64,000 bases of DNA from Dudresnaya verticillata. Its lineage: Eukaryota. Below, piece after piece: positions 1 to 11,410 of the stretch. Below the pieces are notes generated by a model, which saw nothing but the letters and a program-made list of their open reading frames with translations, was not told the DNA's origin and searched no databases. Both the position numbers and the translations under genes were made by a program. The stretch covers positions 496,001 to 560,000 of the forward strand of contig OZ374566.1 of NCBI GenBank assembly GCA_977862235.1, in the 5' to 3' direction. Within the stretch, counting starts at the first letter, position 1; every line of letters starts with the position of its first letter.

Positions 1-27
1 CGACTCACAAGACACTCTTTAGGTCTT

Positions 28-1119
28 TCATAGTCTGAATCGCTCCAGCGCAGCAGTGAGTGCCTGTTCATACCCACGGAGATCCCATTCCTGAAAGCAA
101 CAAAAAGTTACCTTGATCTCACTCCCAGTGCATAACTTGTGTGTTATCACAGTATCCACTGCAATCCCTGCGGCACGTTCAAACGGAAATCTATATACGC
201 CGGTGCTAATAGCTGGAAACGCGATTTTCCAGCACCCGTGCTCATCCGCCAGCCTCAAACTAGTCTCATAGCAGCTTCGCAGCAGCTCTTCTTCGTCATG
301 TCCGCCACCACGCCAGACTGGGCCAACCGTATGTATCACGTATCGTGCACTGAGCTTATGCCCGCCTGTAATCTTTGAGCGTCCCGTCTCGCAACCACGC
401 AGTGCCCGGCACTCCTCCTTTAGCCCCGGGCCGGCCACTCGGTGTATCGCTCCGTCCACTCCGCCACCGCCCAAGAGTGCACTGTTTGCTGCGTTTACGA
501 TTGCGTCGTGGTCTAGCCTGGTTATGTCACCCAACATTGCGTCGACCTCTTCGAAAGCCTTCATGGCAGGTGTCCGGCTACTTTCTGCTACCTGTCGTTG
601 CCGGGCCACTTCTTGTTCATACCACTGCAGCGTGTCTGGGAACTGCTCATCTTCGCAGAGAAACGTCACATTCATGCTGCGGTTCGTTATGAGGAACCTC
701 GCAACTTCAAAAACAGCAACTGCGATAGCTTTCTTCTGCGTGGCCATGTCTTGGGCATTGACGATATCCGGGAAGGCGATACGTGTGCACGAGTGACGCG
801 CAGCGAGAGCCAAACACGACCGATAACATTTCACAAGCTGTTTCTCTTCGTCATGATCTCCAGAATGCCAACCTGGCGCAACAGTGAAAATGACGTTTTC
901 TGACGGCAGGTTGAACCCTGGTGTGATGCAGGCTTCTGCAACTTCGCAACTTCCGAAGCGCTCGCATGCACGGCGGAGTTGCGAACCAGCTGCTTCATGA
1001 ACAGCGTACGTCAGCACTCTGCCTTCGAAACTCGGGTCCGTTGGGACAATGATAGCGTCCTGCTGTGTCTTGGTCAGCTGCTGTCGCGAGATATTGATGC
1101 GGTCTAATCGACTTGACAT
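28..1119 (-). CDS. Tandem macrodomain protein (MacroD/YmdB-like ADP-ribose binding/hydrolase); N-terminal copy degenerate, C-terminal copy intact
   Basis: The C-terminal half has [44 protein letters not shown] and [14 protein letters not shown]. The N-terminal half is a paralogous repeat ([32 protein letters not shown]). First ATG is at 1119. Confidence 0.9.
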   Translation of the reverse strand: MSSRLDRINISRQQLTKTQQDAIIVPTDPSFEGRVLTYAVHEAAGSQLRRACERFGSCEVAEACITPGFNLPSENVIFTVAPGWHSGDHDEEKQLVKCYRSCLALAARHSCTRIAFPDIVNAQDMATQKKAIAVAVFEVARFLITNRSMNVTFLCEDEQFPDTLQWYEQEVARQRQVAESSRTPAMKAFEEVDAMLGDITRLDHDAIVNAANSALLGGGGVDGAIHRVAGPGLKEECRALRGCETGRSKITGGHKLSARYVIHTVGPVWRGGGHDEEELLRSCYETSLRLADEHGCWKIAFPAISTGVYRFPFERAAGIAVDTVITHKLCTGSEIKVTFCCFQEWDLRGYEQALTAALERFRL

Positions 1120-2251
1120 TTCGCCTTTCACCAGGATGGCCTACTGCCGCGCACAACAGTAGCTCTTTGCACGGGAACTCTCCGAATTCAGGAAACAGCT
1201 AGACAGCATCCCTGTTCGCCTCAAGACTACAAGCTGCCCCTCTAGACCTCTGCTGGCACGGGGTTATTGTTGTGCGCCTACTGTGCATCTTCTGTGCCGT
1301 AGATCGCCAGGACTCTTGAAGAGGCACTAATTATGAGACAAGGCCCCGCAGCCAACAAGAACGCAATGATTTTTTTGCTGGCATGCTAACTCGCCCCTTC
1401 TCATGGCTGTACTGCAGTGTTCGCACCAATCGGATTGTATAGTAACATGTTACCATCAACTACGGTTTTTCGAAGCCTTCCGTCTACACGCTCACCCCGC
1501 AAAGGAAGCCAAATACATACACATGATGCTAGGCATCGAGCGTCGAAATGTGTTTGAAGTACACTGTAGCCAGCGAACTGCGATATCGAGCTCTTACCGA
1601 CAAAGGAGAGCCAGGTTACGGCCCCTACGCGTCTCCCTGCCCGATTGCTATGGTTGCTGTACATATCGGGATAGAAAATGAAACAATTGTGGAAAGTTTA
1701 TGTCCAGCGCCAGTATGTCCAGCAGCAGGCGAAGTTATTGATGCAAAACAAGCTGTGACGTTCTTACTCGATTGCATAGCATGCTGATATATAGATAGAC
1801 TGTTAGGATGTGTACATGGTAATAAGCCGTAGTCGAGGAAAACACATCACACCTTAAATCGTGCATAAAAGTACCATGACACTATCAGCCCTTGCCAAGT
1901 TTTCCGAAAACAGCACTTCCAGCCACTGGCTGGGCTGGCAGCCAGCTCACGGCTCTAGTCTTCTACCGAGCGTGATACCGTCACGCAAGAGGATTCCCTC
2001 ACCAAAATGAAGTCAAACTTGCGAACTTCAGAACTTGATAAAGGAACAAAAAAGTTAGCCGAGTCCTTCAATGCAACGAACATAAGCCAAATCTTGGCAA
2101 TCCTAGACAAAATTGATACCCTCTCTCCCGATAACCCATCAGAAACGATCCTACGATCCTTCTCCCGGACTCCTGGGTCCCGAAGCAAGGGCTTGGGTGG
2201 CGCAAGCACCTAGCTAGCCGTTTCGCTTCGCAAAGCCCCCAGAGCCAGGGC

Positions 2252-2365
2252 CTATGCATTCTTAACTGCAGAGTGCGTGATCTCCAAATGATAGACCAAG
2301 ACGAGAATCATGACCATGAAGCCGCCAAGCATGGCGTACTGCGCCATATCCGCATCAGTGATCAT
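2252..2365 (-). CDS. OST4: Oligosaccharyltransferase 4 kDa subunit OST4 (37 aa microprotein)
   Basis: MITDADMAQYAMLGGFMVMILVLVYHLEITHSAVKNA matches the OST4 pattern MITDxxL...LG...LVVLYH with one TM helix. It is nested in the 87 aa ORF of the track. Confidence 0.85.
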   Translation of the reverse strand: MITDADMAQYAMLGGFMVMILVLVYHLEITHSAVKNA

Positions 2366-3871
2366 CCTGCCACGTCGTCGTCCTTCTCCGTGTGCGCTCT
2401 CAGCTTGTCGAAGTGCGCGCTTTGTCACCCAAGCACTGCTGAAATCAAGCGCTTGGCTCCCCTGGTGACTCCTGTCCGAGCTGCGCCGAAGACGTGGGAC
2501 GCGGAACGGTGCCACAAAGCAATAATGCAGGCGAGCGAAGATAAGCGTAGGTTGAGAGCTTGATCAGCAGCAAAGCCGCAAGCGAGCAGCAATGGTTTGC
2601 CTTTGGAAATCCAATTTGTTGTTGGGAGTCAGAGCTTGTTGCAATTGTCAGCAATTCGTTTCTCATCAGGTCCTGGAATTCAGGGCTGTCCAATCAACTT
2701 TGGAAAGCTCCGTGGCGAATGGAAAAGTATCTGAAGAGCCATCAATTTCCAGCAGTGCAAATCGTACTTCTGCAGTACAGTATGCTTCTACAGTATGGTA
2801 TGGTATTGTAGATAGGTACCCGCCCAAGCACAACTGTGCATGTGCCCTCTTTTTAATGTCACCCTCCAAAGGCAGTGCGTTTGCGCCATCATTGCTGGGT
2901 CAAGCAAAGCACAAAGTAGACTTATGTGTAGGAGTTCGGTATAAGCTAGTCCCAGTCCCTTGAAGGGCACTTTCGGGCGACGCAGGGGCCTGCAAGGATA
3001 TACAAGGAAACAGTGAACGAGCTTCCAGTGCTCAGGAGTGAAAAAGAATTACAACAGTGCGAATTGAGCTGTCCCTTGTGCTTCGCGTATTCTCCACGGA
3101 AGAGCACCGTTCGTATCATTTCTAATCGGATTCTGGAGAGAAGAATTGCGCTCTCTGCAGAACGCACATAATGTCCTTGCAAGCCCCTGCATGGACCGGC
3201 AATTGTCTTATTTTGGCATCCAGCGCAGATTAGATACCTGTGACAGAACTCAAGTTTTGCTGCCATTACGGAACCCGTTGCCAGGAAAACACCTCAGTTT
3301 AAAGGGCTCGGCAAACAAATTACCCATCTCGAATGGTGCTGGAGCGACGTCTACGGACACTGCGTGTGTCTCTCTGCCAGGGCAATACTCGAATGTGAGT
3401 TTCATGCGATGGGGATTAAAAAAAACAAACTGGAGAGAAGGGAGAGCTGTACATTTCCAGCGTATCTCGCCATCTGTTCACGTAATGGCCTTGCGCTTAG
3501 TCCCAGAGCGCCAGACCAGCGGCAAGGAACAATGCCAAGATCATCAAGCGGTTTCCTACTTTCAGAAGGGGTTTCTTTTTGTGAATCATGCCGCACGGGA
3601 GCAATCCGGTCCGAAAGGGAGCGGGTGTCAATTGCCCACACAGCCCTACATAGTGTGTTTGCCAATAGGCCGTTCACGCCGAGGCAAGTGCTCTCTAAAC
3701 TTTGTTGAGTAAACTTTATCACCACACAGACATACCATTGCTTCTGCTCTAAGTTTAGCGAGCCGGTTTTCGCGTGTACAAACATGAGCAGAAGGCCAAA
3801 GGTACCATAACCGTATCACGGGCTGCCCTTTCTTGGAAGGGTCATACTGTAGGACAAGCAACCGCTGCGGA

Positions 3872-3975
3872 GGCCTCGGAGTTGCACAGGTCGCGCCTCC
3901 ACAACGAACGACGCTCCGGTACGGGCCTCGGAGTTGCACAGGTCGTGCCTCCGCAACGAACGACGCTCCGGTACG
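3872..3975. repeat. Two-copy 52 bp tandem direct repeat
   Basis: GGCCTCGGAGTTGCACAGGTCGYGCCTCCRCAACGAACGACGCTCCGGTACG occurs at 3872-3923 and 3924-3975, with two mismatches. Confidence 0.95.
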
Positions 3976-5747
3976 TTAGAGAAATTGGGCCCTGGAGGAC
4001 CTGCGTAGAAATTATTGTCGAAAGCCAAAATCCCATCCTATTTGTCGTTGTCAACGTCATGCGCGCTCTTTGCCACCTCTTCGTTGGCCCTCGAAAGGGC
4101 GTTTGTTCCGATACGAGCACTCTTTGAGGCAGGATGACTCACCAACTGTCACAAACAGACGCCGTGTTTCTCGCTGGAGATTGCAGGCAGATGTTCGAGT
4201 TTCGACCTACGGTATTGTGTGCAAGCTCCCCATTTGTCGAATTTGACAAACTGCAAAGAGGTACATGCTGGGCCAGCCTTGTCCCGGAGGCGGAATGATT
4301 GCTCGCGATGTTCTTTTTGATGGTGCAGCTCCACTTCGGGCCGAAGTTACGGCAATCTTTTTGTGTTGGAATGGAAAGCCAATGCATTCGCCAAGCACAT
4401 GTTCTCCACTTTTGCAGCGCAGTCTTGCGGAGGAATCATCATTCCCAGTGCAAGGCAGTTTTGCTTTTTACTGTTGTATTGTGATGGGACGTAGCCGAAT
4501 TACGGTGGCGAGCTGACTGGATTTCACACCGATACAAAGAGTGCGGAACCTGCACACCTCAATACCAGCTCAGCTTTGGGCCTTCACTTCTAGGGATGGG
4601 TCTTTTGATGTCAATAAGCCCCTACGTACAAAGTATCTCCCCCTAGCGAATTTGCAGACTCATGGAATCGCAGCGTTCTTTGCCGACTGTCCAAATGCTT
4701 CATAGTGCGGAGCTATCGGGTGCTGTGGAAATTATCTGCAGTAAGCATAGGTTCCCAGGTTCTACAGCATCGTATCCGTTGCGCCAGCATGCTACCTTGC
4801 CGGTTAACGATAATCTTATGCTGATCAGTACTACCTTACCAAGGGTGCAGCAACAGGTTCTAGAATTAGGGTCAGTAATACAGTGTATTCTGCTACGTTA
4901 CTGGCGCCGTCCTATCACTCCCGCTCGATAGAGGGGGTCCCCACCCGCCTGTCGAGGGAACGGGAAGAAAGAGCGACAAAATGTTAGCGCCGACCGAGAT
5001 CGCAGGAGCGATCCGCGATTGCTCGGTGTTGGCTTGTCTTCGCGGACTGGCTGCAAGCTCCATCCGGCCGTGTGCAGCGCGGAGTTCAAAAGCGGTTCAA
5101 TTTCGGGGGCGTTCGTAAGGTTTGACAAATCTGCGTCAATTGAGAGAGGGGCGCAACACGAAGGCGGCGCATCATGCGCCGTGGGGCGGTGCGGCGCGAG
5201 GCGTTCCAGAGCGGCTACGGGTCTATCAAATCGATTGCGGCTGCTGCAACGGCAGAGGCGGGGCGCCGCCACGCTGTTTCGAGCAGCCACTCTGGAGCAG
5301 AAAACGCCAGCAAGACGACGTAGAATATCGCCATGCACAATCCGCCGCGGGGCCAGAGGGGGAGAAACCCCCCGCCGGCCCGTCAAACGTCCCCACTTCT
5401 GTCATCCATCCCCACCGCCCGCTTCTTCAAAACAAAAGCCAGCCAGCCGCAACGTTGGACTTGCATCGCGCTGACCACGCCCGCCAGCCGTGGAGCTGCT
5501 GTATTTAGAGCGTAGCGCCGACTCGCTTCGGAATCTTCTGTCATCTCCCTTCGCCGCAGCAGGGCGCGCACGCAAATCCGCGTCCAAAAACCAAAGTCGC
5601 CCGACATCTCGAACGGACCCCCTCTGCCCAGACCTGCCCTTGTTATCCCTGACCCCTGAATTTGTTGTTCAACGCCAACGGCCGCCGCGCGCCCCACCGA
5701 TCATTGCAGCATTGCCCTAACACTGTACAACGCCCAACCATCGCAGC

Positions 5748-7055
5748 ATGACGCCCCCACCACGTAGCAGGGGCCCATGTAACCCCTGCACGGCACAGCT
5801 CGCACCCACACCGTGGGATCCATTCGGTGCGCCTTGCTCGGACCAAAGCTCTCTCGAACTATCCTTTTCGTCCCGCCGCTCTGACATGTCAACCGAAACC
5901 ACCTTGGTCGACATCCTCGACGCCCTGGACGCCATGATGGCGCCTAGTCCTGAGCGTCTCCCGGTGCAGAAGGTCAAGTGGAATGCCATGAAGGCTTGGG
6001 CTTCTTCGGGCGAGGCCGTTGTTGAATGGCTCATGCACGCTAGCCTAGTCCCATCTCGTTCCGCTGCGTCTGAGCTCGCGCGGCAGCTTGTGCGTGCCGG
6101 AGGACTCATTCCCACTTTTAAGGTTGAAAACTCCGCACAGGCATTCGTGTCGAGCTCAACATCCAAGTATGTCCATCGCGGTTTGACTTGTCTCGTGGAG
6201 CGCGGGTTGAACAGTACGCTGGTTTATCCTGGAAAGCCCCGGACGACGTATGAAGTCCTCTCTAGTTTGAATGATGCCTATGCTCAGGTTGTCCATGTCG
6301 CGGTTTCTGTTGATGGACATTGGGTTGACTACAGTGTTATCCGAGGTTCCTCCGGGTGGAGAGAAGTTCTTGTGCTGCTGGCAGAACTGGCTGTGAGCGA
6401 TGATAGTGGCATGGCCGAGCTTGACGACACGATCAAAAAGGCCTGCCTCTTCAACTTGTACAACGTCCTCATCTTCCAGGCAAAGCTCGTCTTTGGCCAC
6501 CCCATGGACCTCGTCAAAAGAGGAAAGTTTTTCAACGAAGCTGCATATGTGATTGCAGGCAAAAAGCTCACCTCAGTTGAGCTTGAGCATGACGTCCTGA
6601 GACGTCGTTTGGATGACAAGGACTCTCGCGTGTCCTGGAGGCTTGCGGCGAAAGATCCACGGATGCATTTCGTTCTCAACTGCGGTGCTCAGTCCTGTCC
6701 ACCTCTTGTCGCGCTGTCTGAGAAGCATGCCGAAGAGATGCTGCAGGAAGCCACGGAGCGTTTCATTGAGAAGAACTGTATCATCGACTTGTCCGAGAAG
6801 AGAATCATTTTGAGCCGTTTGTTCAAGTGGTTTCGATACGATTTCACCCCTGGGTCTGACCGTGATAGCGACTTGATGGATTGGATCTCGCAGCGTGCTA
6901 GTAAGGAGAAAACGGCTGAAATCGCACAGGCCCTGAAGTCTGATTGTAAGGTCAAATTTGCAGTGTATAACTGGGCTGATAACGGCGATGATACCGCAAA
7001 GCCAGACATCCGCTTCATGAGCATCTATGACCTTAGCTTCTCAAAAACAGCATAA
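5748..7055 (+). CDS. DUF547-domain protein with N-terminal DEP-like domain
   Basis: DUF547 motifs KKACLFNLYNVL, ELEHDVLR, DPRMHFVLNCGAQSCPPL and LSRLFKWFRYDF are present. DEP-like segment: ASSGEAVVEWL...SRSAASELARQLVRAGGL. The start may be 5886 (MSTET). Confidence 0.85.
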   Translation: MTPPPRSRGPCNPCTAQLAPTPWDPFGAPCSDQSSLELSFSSRRSDMSTETTLVDILDALDAMMAPSPERLPVQKVKWNAMKAWASSGEAVVEWLMHASLVPSRSAASELARQLVRAGGLIPTFKVENSAQAFVSSSTSKYVHRGLTCLVERGLNSTLVYPGKPRTTYEVLSSLNDAYAQVVHVAVSVDGHWVDYSVIRGSSGWREVLVLLAELAVSDDSGMAELDDTIKKACLFNLYNVLIFQAKLVFGHPMDLVKRGKFFNEAAYVIAGKKLTSVELEHDVLRRRLDDKDSRVSWRLAAKDPRMHFVLNCGAQSCPPLVALSEKHAEEMLQEATERFIEKNCIIDLSEKRIILSRLFKWFRYDFTPGSDRDSDLMDWISQRASKEKTAEIAQALKSDCKVKFAVYNWADNGDDTAKPDIRFMSIYDLSFSKTA

Positions 7056-7290
7056 TGTTTCGTTATCATGCTTCTTCGTACCACTCTGTACATTTCTGCT
7101 GTTCGTCAGCAGTATTTATACAATAAAGTATTCTTCTGCACGTTGCAGAAGTCAGCTAACCACAAAATTGCTACCTACTAGTAACAAGTTATCCTGAGAA
7201 CAGCAACGGAAGATTCAAAAATCCTAAGATAGCGGCAGCATGGAATACTATGCTGTACTCATCAGGATATCGGCCCGACTTCCATTGCCT

Positions 7291-9651
7291 CTAGTCAAAT
7301 TCGCAATTGAGACGCTTGAAGTATTGCGTACTAGTCTTCACATCCTTCGCGGCTTCACCCTTGAAGGCGACTCCTTCTTCGTGCAACAGATCTGTTAATG
7401 CCTTTTTAGAAACATTGACGCCAGCACCTCGAACAGCTTCCAAAATTCGCTCGAATGGTACAGCATCCATCATAAGAATGTCACTGTAGAGACACTTGTT
7501 CATCCGAATCGCGTTCAGTACGTCCGCATTGTTTACCTTTCGAGGTTTCTTCAGTCGAGAAGGTGGCTTTCTTCTGGAAGGACCAGTCGCCTCATCGCCT
7601 TGAGAAGCCGCTTTAGCTTCGCTTTGGGTTTCTTCTTGCGTCTGAGAAACGGCATTCCGGATGACCGGTGCACCCGCATCGATTTGGGTAGCACCATTTT
7701 CTTTACCGCTGTCGACGAGGTCCAAAACTTCTTCTTCTGCAGTATCGCCAGAGTCTTCAGCATTACTTAAAGAGTGTTTCATCGCGGACGAATTCGCTGA
7801 CTCTTTGTCTTCGACAGAGTGTATGCTCTGAGACAAAGCACTACGTTCTCGTGTACGTTGATAGTGGGGACTAGTTTTCCATTCTTCAAGGTCATATACG
7901 CCGACTGACATTCTGCGTCGTGCAGATGGCCTTGACACCAGTGCATCTGGTTCCTGTCCGGTGCGTTCATGGGCTGGAGAACTTCTGTTCGGCGAGCGAA
8001 TTCCTGGGGTTGCCTGCTCATTGTCACCGCAAGAAGTTGGCAACACAGCCACCTGTTTTCCATCTCGCTCAGACTCTGGCGAGGATGGATGCAGCTGCCT
8101 CGACACGCCCGCATCTTCTTCACCATCGGAAGGACGAAATTTAGGCCGTCTTCGAGCTCGTGGTTCACTTCCGCTTGAAATGAAAATAGCATCTTGCCCC
8201 GTTGTTCCACGCCCGGAATTGTCCGCTGCCGGTATGGATTCCGATCCCGTCTCGTCCCTTTCGGAGACCTTCCGTCGAGCAACACTGCTTAAAACCACAA
8301 TACATCCCTGATCACAAGTATTGCGTAGACGCTGGGAAGCAGGAGGGGTCTTTACCACTTGAATCTCATCTTCATCGGAGGGGTCGTTCGTCAGGTCAAT
8401 AGAAATCTGAAGGGGTTCAGGACCTGCATTACTAACATCCGGAATACATTCCCGCGAATGGGGACTCTGCTCACGTGCGTTGCGATCTTCAGAAATACGC
8501 GTGCATATCCGCTTCTGCATCTTTTCGTAGGAGCTACGAATAAACTCCATTTCGCGCTTGTGTCGAACGCGTTCACGCTTCTCGCGTCTCTGTCGCCAGC
8601 GTCTCAGCCGCGACTCCAAAGCAATCTGCGAAGCATACCCCAGTTCACGATCAATATCCGACAAGCTCCCCGGGCTCAATGACTCGCTGTCAGCGCCGGA
8701 TCCATGCGGCTTAGCCCCGCCAGTCATAAGGTCTTGCAACTGTTCCCTGGAGGACGTCGAGCTACTGTCGTCAAAGTTGTCGTGCGCTGCTTCCGTTTTG
8801 TTTCGACGCGTAGTTTCGTTCTGCACCTCCAATCGCTGACCACCATCACTAGAGCCTCCAGGGGTGCCTTCCCCACGACTTGCCGGCCCAGCGACACTCG
8901 AACCCACCATAGGGGCAGGAGCTGCTGGCAACGAGCCGAAATATTCGTCCTCATCGCTAGACTTTTCTCCGAGAAGTGTTGCGTGCCCTCCCATATCCTG
9001 AGCTAGTCTGCTGGTCTGAAACTGCTGCGTGGCAACGAACTCTGTTGGGGCTGGGGCGGCGTCTGCACTTTCCTCCACATTGCCGTTCTCCCGTCGCACG
9101 CTGGAAGCCCCCGCGTCGGTATGAGCACCGTTCGCAAGTTCTTCTTCCGCAATCTGCGCCAGAATGGGAACTGAATGCATAGCCTCCGCAATGCGGCGGC
9201 GCGCATGATCAGGGATCCTCAGGGCGGCCAGGTCAGAGTCGCTGAGGAGGCGCAGCGCCTCGAGATCGATCTCCTCAGTGGCGAGGCGTGCTGCGTAGCG
9301 CTGGAGGCCGAGGAGTTGCAGGAGGCGCGCAACGTGCGGGTCTGCTGTGGAGGCGGCGGGGCGACTGGCAGCTGCGGAGCGCGACGAAGGGCGCGTCGGG
9401 CGCTGCGGCTCGCGGCCGAGCGGGAGGGTCGAGTCGGCACAGCGGTTGGCATGCTCGTGTCGTGCGGCCTCCGTCAGCGGGGTTAGGTCACGGTTGCATA
9501 CGGCGCAGACCGGGCGCTCGGGCGGGGAGGCTGTGGCGTCGTCCGTTCGGGGTTCGTTGGCGGCATCCAGGCAGGCGTTGATGTGGGCTAGGCTCTCTCG
9601 TGGCGTGAAGAGCCGCAGCGGCGTGTTGCAGGTTGGACAGGACGACAGCAT
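7291..9651 (-). CDS. SLX4-like DNA-repair scaffold: 2x UBZ-type zinc fingers, SAM domain, long disordered linker, C-terminal SLX1-binding (CCD/SBD)-like domain
   Basis: UBZ-like fingers: CPTC...HINACLD and CAVC...HANRCAD. SAM domain: LLQLLGLQRYAARLATEEIDLEALRLLSDSDLAALRI. The C-terminal LYSDILMMDAVPFERILEAVRGAGVNVSKKALTDLLHEEGVAF resembles the SLX4 CCD. Start taken at MLSSCPTC. Confidence 0.7.
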   Translation of the reverse strand: MLSSCPTCNTPLRLFTPRESLAHINACLDAANEPRTDDATASPPERPVCAVCNRDLTPLTEAARHEHANRCADSTLPLGREPQRPTRPSSRSAAASRPAASTADPHVARLLQLLGLQRYAARLATEEIDLEALRLLSDSDLAALRIPDHARRRIAEAMHSVPILAQIAEEELANGAHTDAGASSVRRENGNVEESADAAPAPTEFVATQQFQTSRLAQDMGGHATLLGEKSSDEDEYFGSLPAAPAPMVGSSVAGPASRGEGTPGGSSDGGQRLEVQNETTRRNKTEAAHDNFDDSSSTSSREQLQDLMTGGAKPHGSGADSESLSPGSLSDIDRELGYASQIALESRLRRWRQRREKRERVRHKREMEFIRSSYEKMQKRICTRISEDRNAREQSPHSRECIPDVSNAGPEPLQISIDLTNDPSDEDEIQVVKTPPASQRLRNTCDQGCIVVLSSVARRKVSERDETGSESIPAADNSGRGTTGQDAIFISSGSEPRARRRPKFRPSDGEEDAGVSRQLHPSSPESERDGKQVAVLPTSCGDNEQATPGIRSPNRSSPAHERTGQEPDALVSRPSARRRMSVGVYDLEEWKTSPHYQRTRERSALSQSIHSVEDKESANSSAMKHSLSNAEDSGDTAEEEVLDLVDSGKENGATQIDAGAPVIRNAVSQTQEETQSEAKAASQGDEATGPSRRKPPSRLKKPRKVNNADVLNAIRMNKCLYSDILMMDAVPFERILEAVRGAGVNVSKKALTDLLHEEGVAFKGEAAKDVKTSTQYFKRLNCEFD

Positions 9652-9660
9652 TGGCGGTTG

Positions 9661-9706
9661 GGAGACATGCGGGCTGGGGGTGGGGAGACATGCGGGCTGG
9701 GGGTGG
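9661..9706. repeat. Two-copy 23 bp G-rich tandem repeat just upstream of the SLX4-like start codon
   Basis: GGAGACATGCGGGCTGGGGGTGG x2, exact. Confidence 0.9.
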
Positions 9707-11410
9707 GGTGGGAGGGAGGCCGGATGTTTGTTTGGTGGAGTGGCTGCGTGGCATTGCAAGGCGGGGGGGTTTCGGGCTCGGGGGCAGGCAGGACATTTGG
9801 CGCCTTCAGGGGGGTTTCGGTTCAGTGATGGGAGTTCTGGGATGCACAGACAGCGCGAAATCAGATCCTGAAACGGATCCCAGAGCTGGATGTGAAAGTT
9901 GGAAAATGTTCGAAAGTGTTGCAAAGTTTTCAGAATGCGGAAGAAAAACTTTGGAGAACTAGAGAACGTAGCGCTCTCAGAGAGATTCAGAGAAGTATTT
10001 GAAACAATTTCCGAATTCCTTCCATTTTTGCGGGAACAACAAACCGTCGTGTGCTGTTCTAATTGTGGGTGTGAGCACATGGTGGCAGCAAATCAATTCA
10101 ATCAGTGGAAGCATATGCCATCCCACGCCGCCGTCACGCTCTGCGGAAACGTTTTCCGCCACGGCGCATTTTCCGGCAGACGTGATGCGACAAGGTGGTA
10201 CTAGCAATACTTCTTCGGCTCCTTTGTCACAACAACCGCCGCACTGCGAAAGCCCACAATGTGGACAGCGCTACGGCCTGAAACGGAAGCTTGAAAGCTG
10301 TGACGCTGCTGTGCCTGCCTGCACTCTCCTGGTTGCGAAAGTAGTTTCCTGCAGAATCCTGCTCGCGATGCACGCGATGCTTTGCCTCTGATTCGGTATG
10401 TGTGAAGACGGACTCGCGCAGCTTGGAAACAAACAACCCTAGGAACTGCACGGAAGTGAATAACGGAAGTGTAACCTCCGTCTCGACCGGGCGAGCATTT
10501 CCACACCCATTCCATCCTGGAGCTGACAACCATCCGCAAGCCTTGAATCACATGCGCCATACCCTCGCCGCTTCGCGGAATATTCCGCATACCTGGAACC
10601 GCACGGCAAATAGCATCGCAGCATGAGCTCGGACTCCTGGCAGTTCAGTTCTCAGTGTCAAGTATTACTCGCTGCTTGTGCTTGTGTCGTCGCCAAAAGA
10701 CGGGATTAACCCAACGCGGAGCGGGACATACCCTTAAAATACTTGCGGCCCACTGGAGCGCTCCTGCAAGCTGACGGCTCTGGGGGCACGGACCATGACT
10801 GCGAATCTTTGCGAAGCGTCACATAAGAAAAAGATTCGGTGGTGTGCTTGAAGGACAACCGCATCAGTCCGATAGTGGCGTGACACTGCCGTTGATCCTC
10901 AAGCCGCCTTGATACCCGCCTCGACGCCCTGCAAGCTGACAATTGTCCCATTGTGAATGACTACGGCAACAGCTGTTCCCCATCGACTCGTGGTAGAGCA
11001 ATCGAACATCTGTCCGGAATTGCCTGTCCGCCATAGAAACCCTTCCACAACTTTCGTCTCCGGATTGACGGCCGGATACAATGCCAACCCCATTTTCCTG
11101 GACGTTACTTCCTCTCACCTCTCAGGTGACTGTTCCGCGCCTTGCGTTGACCCGCTCATCCCAAACCTACGGTAGCAAAATGAGCAGCTTTGTCCCACGA
11201 TCCCCAGAACCACGTTCCATTCCTCCGCAAGGAAATTGCTTCCATACAGATTATTGTTGCGGTGACCTTTACTTCTAGGCAATACATAGAGCTTTGCAAT
11301 CATGGTTTGCAAGAGCCATAACAAACTGTTTGCAATTAGCAGCCCGACCACCGTGCTGCTTTGCTACCCTTCACTGAAATGTGGATTACTGATGGACATA
11401 AATAATTTCG

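Noticed and set aside
3872..3975. Direct repeat as a CRISPR array
   Set aside because: Only two head-to-tail copies with no spacer, no cas genes, and a eukaryotic context.
10575..10588. 14 bp palindrome GCGGAATATTCCGC containing a P1BS-like GAATATTC
   Set aside because: A single short site located downstream of PPK1 rather than in its promoter; could arise by chance.
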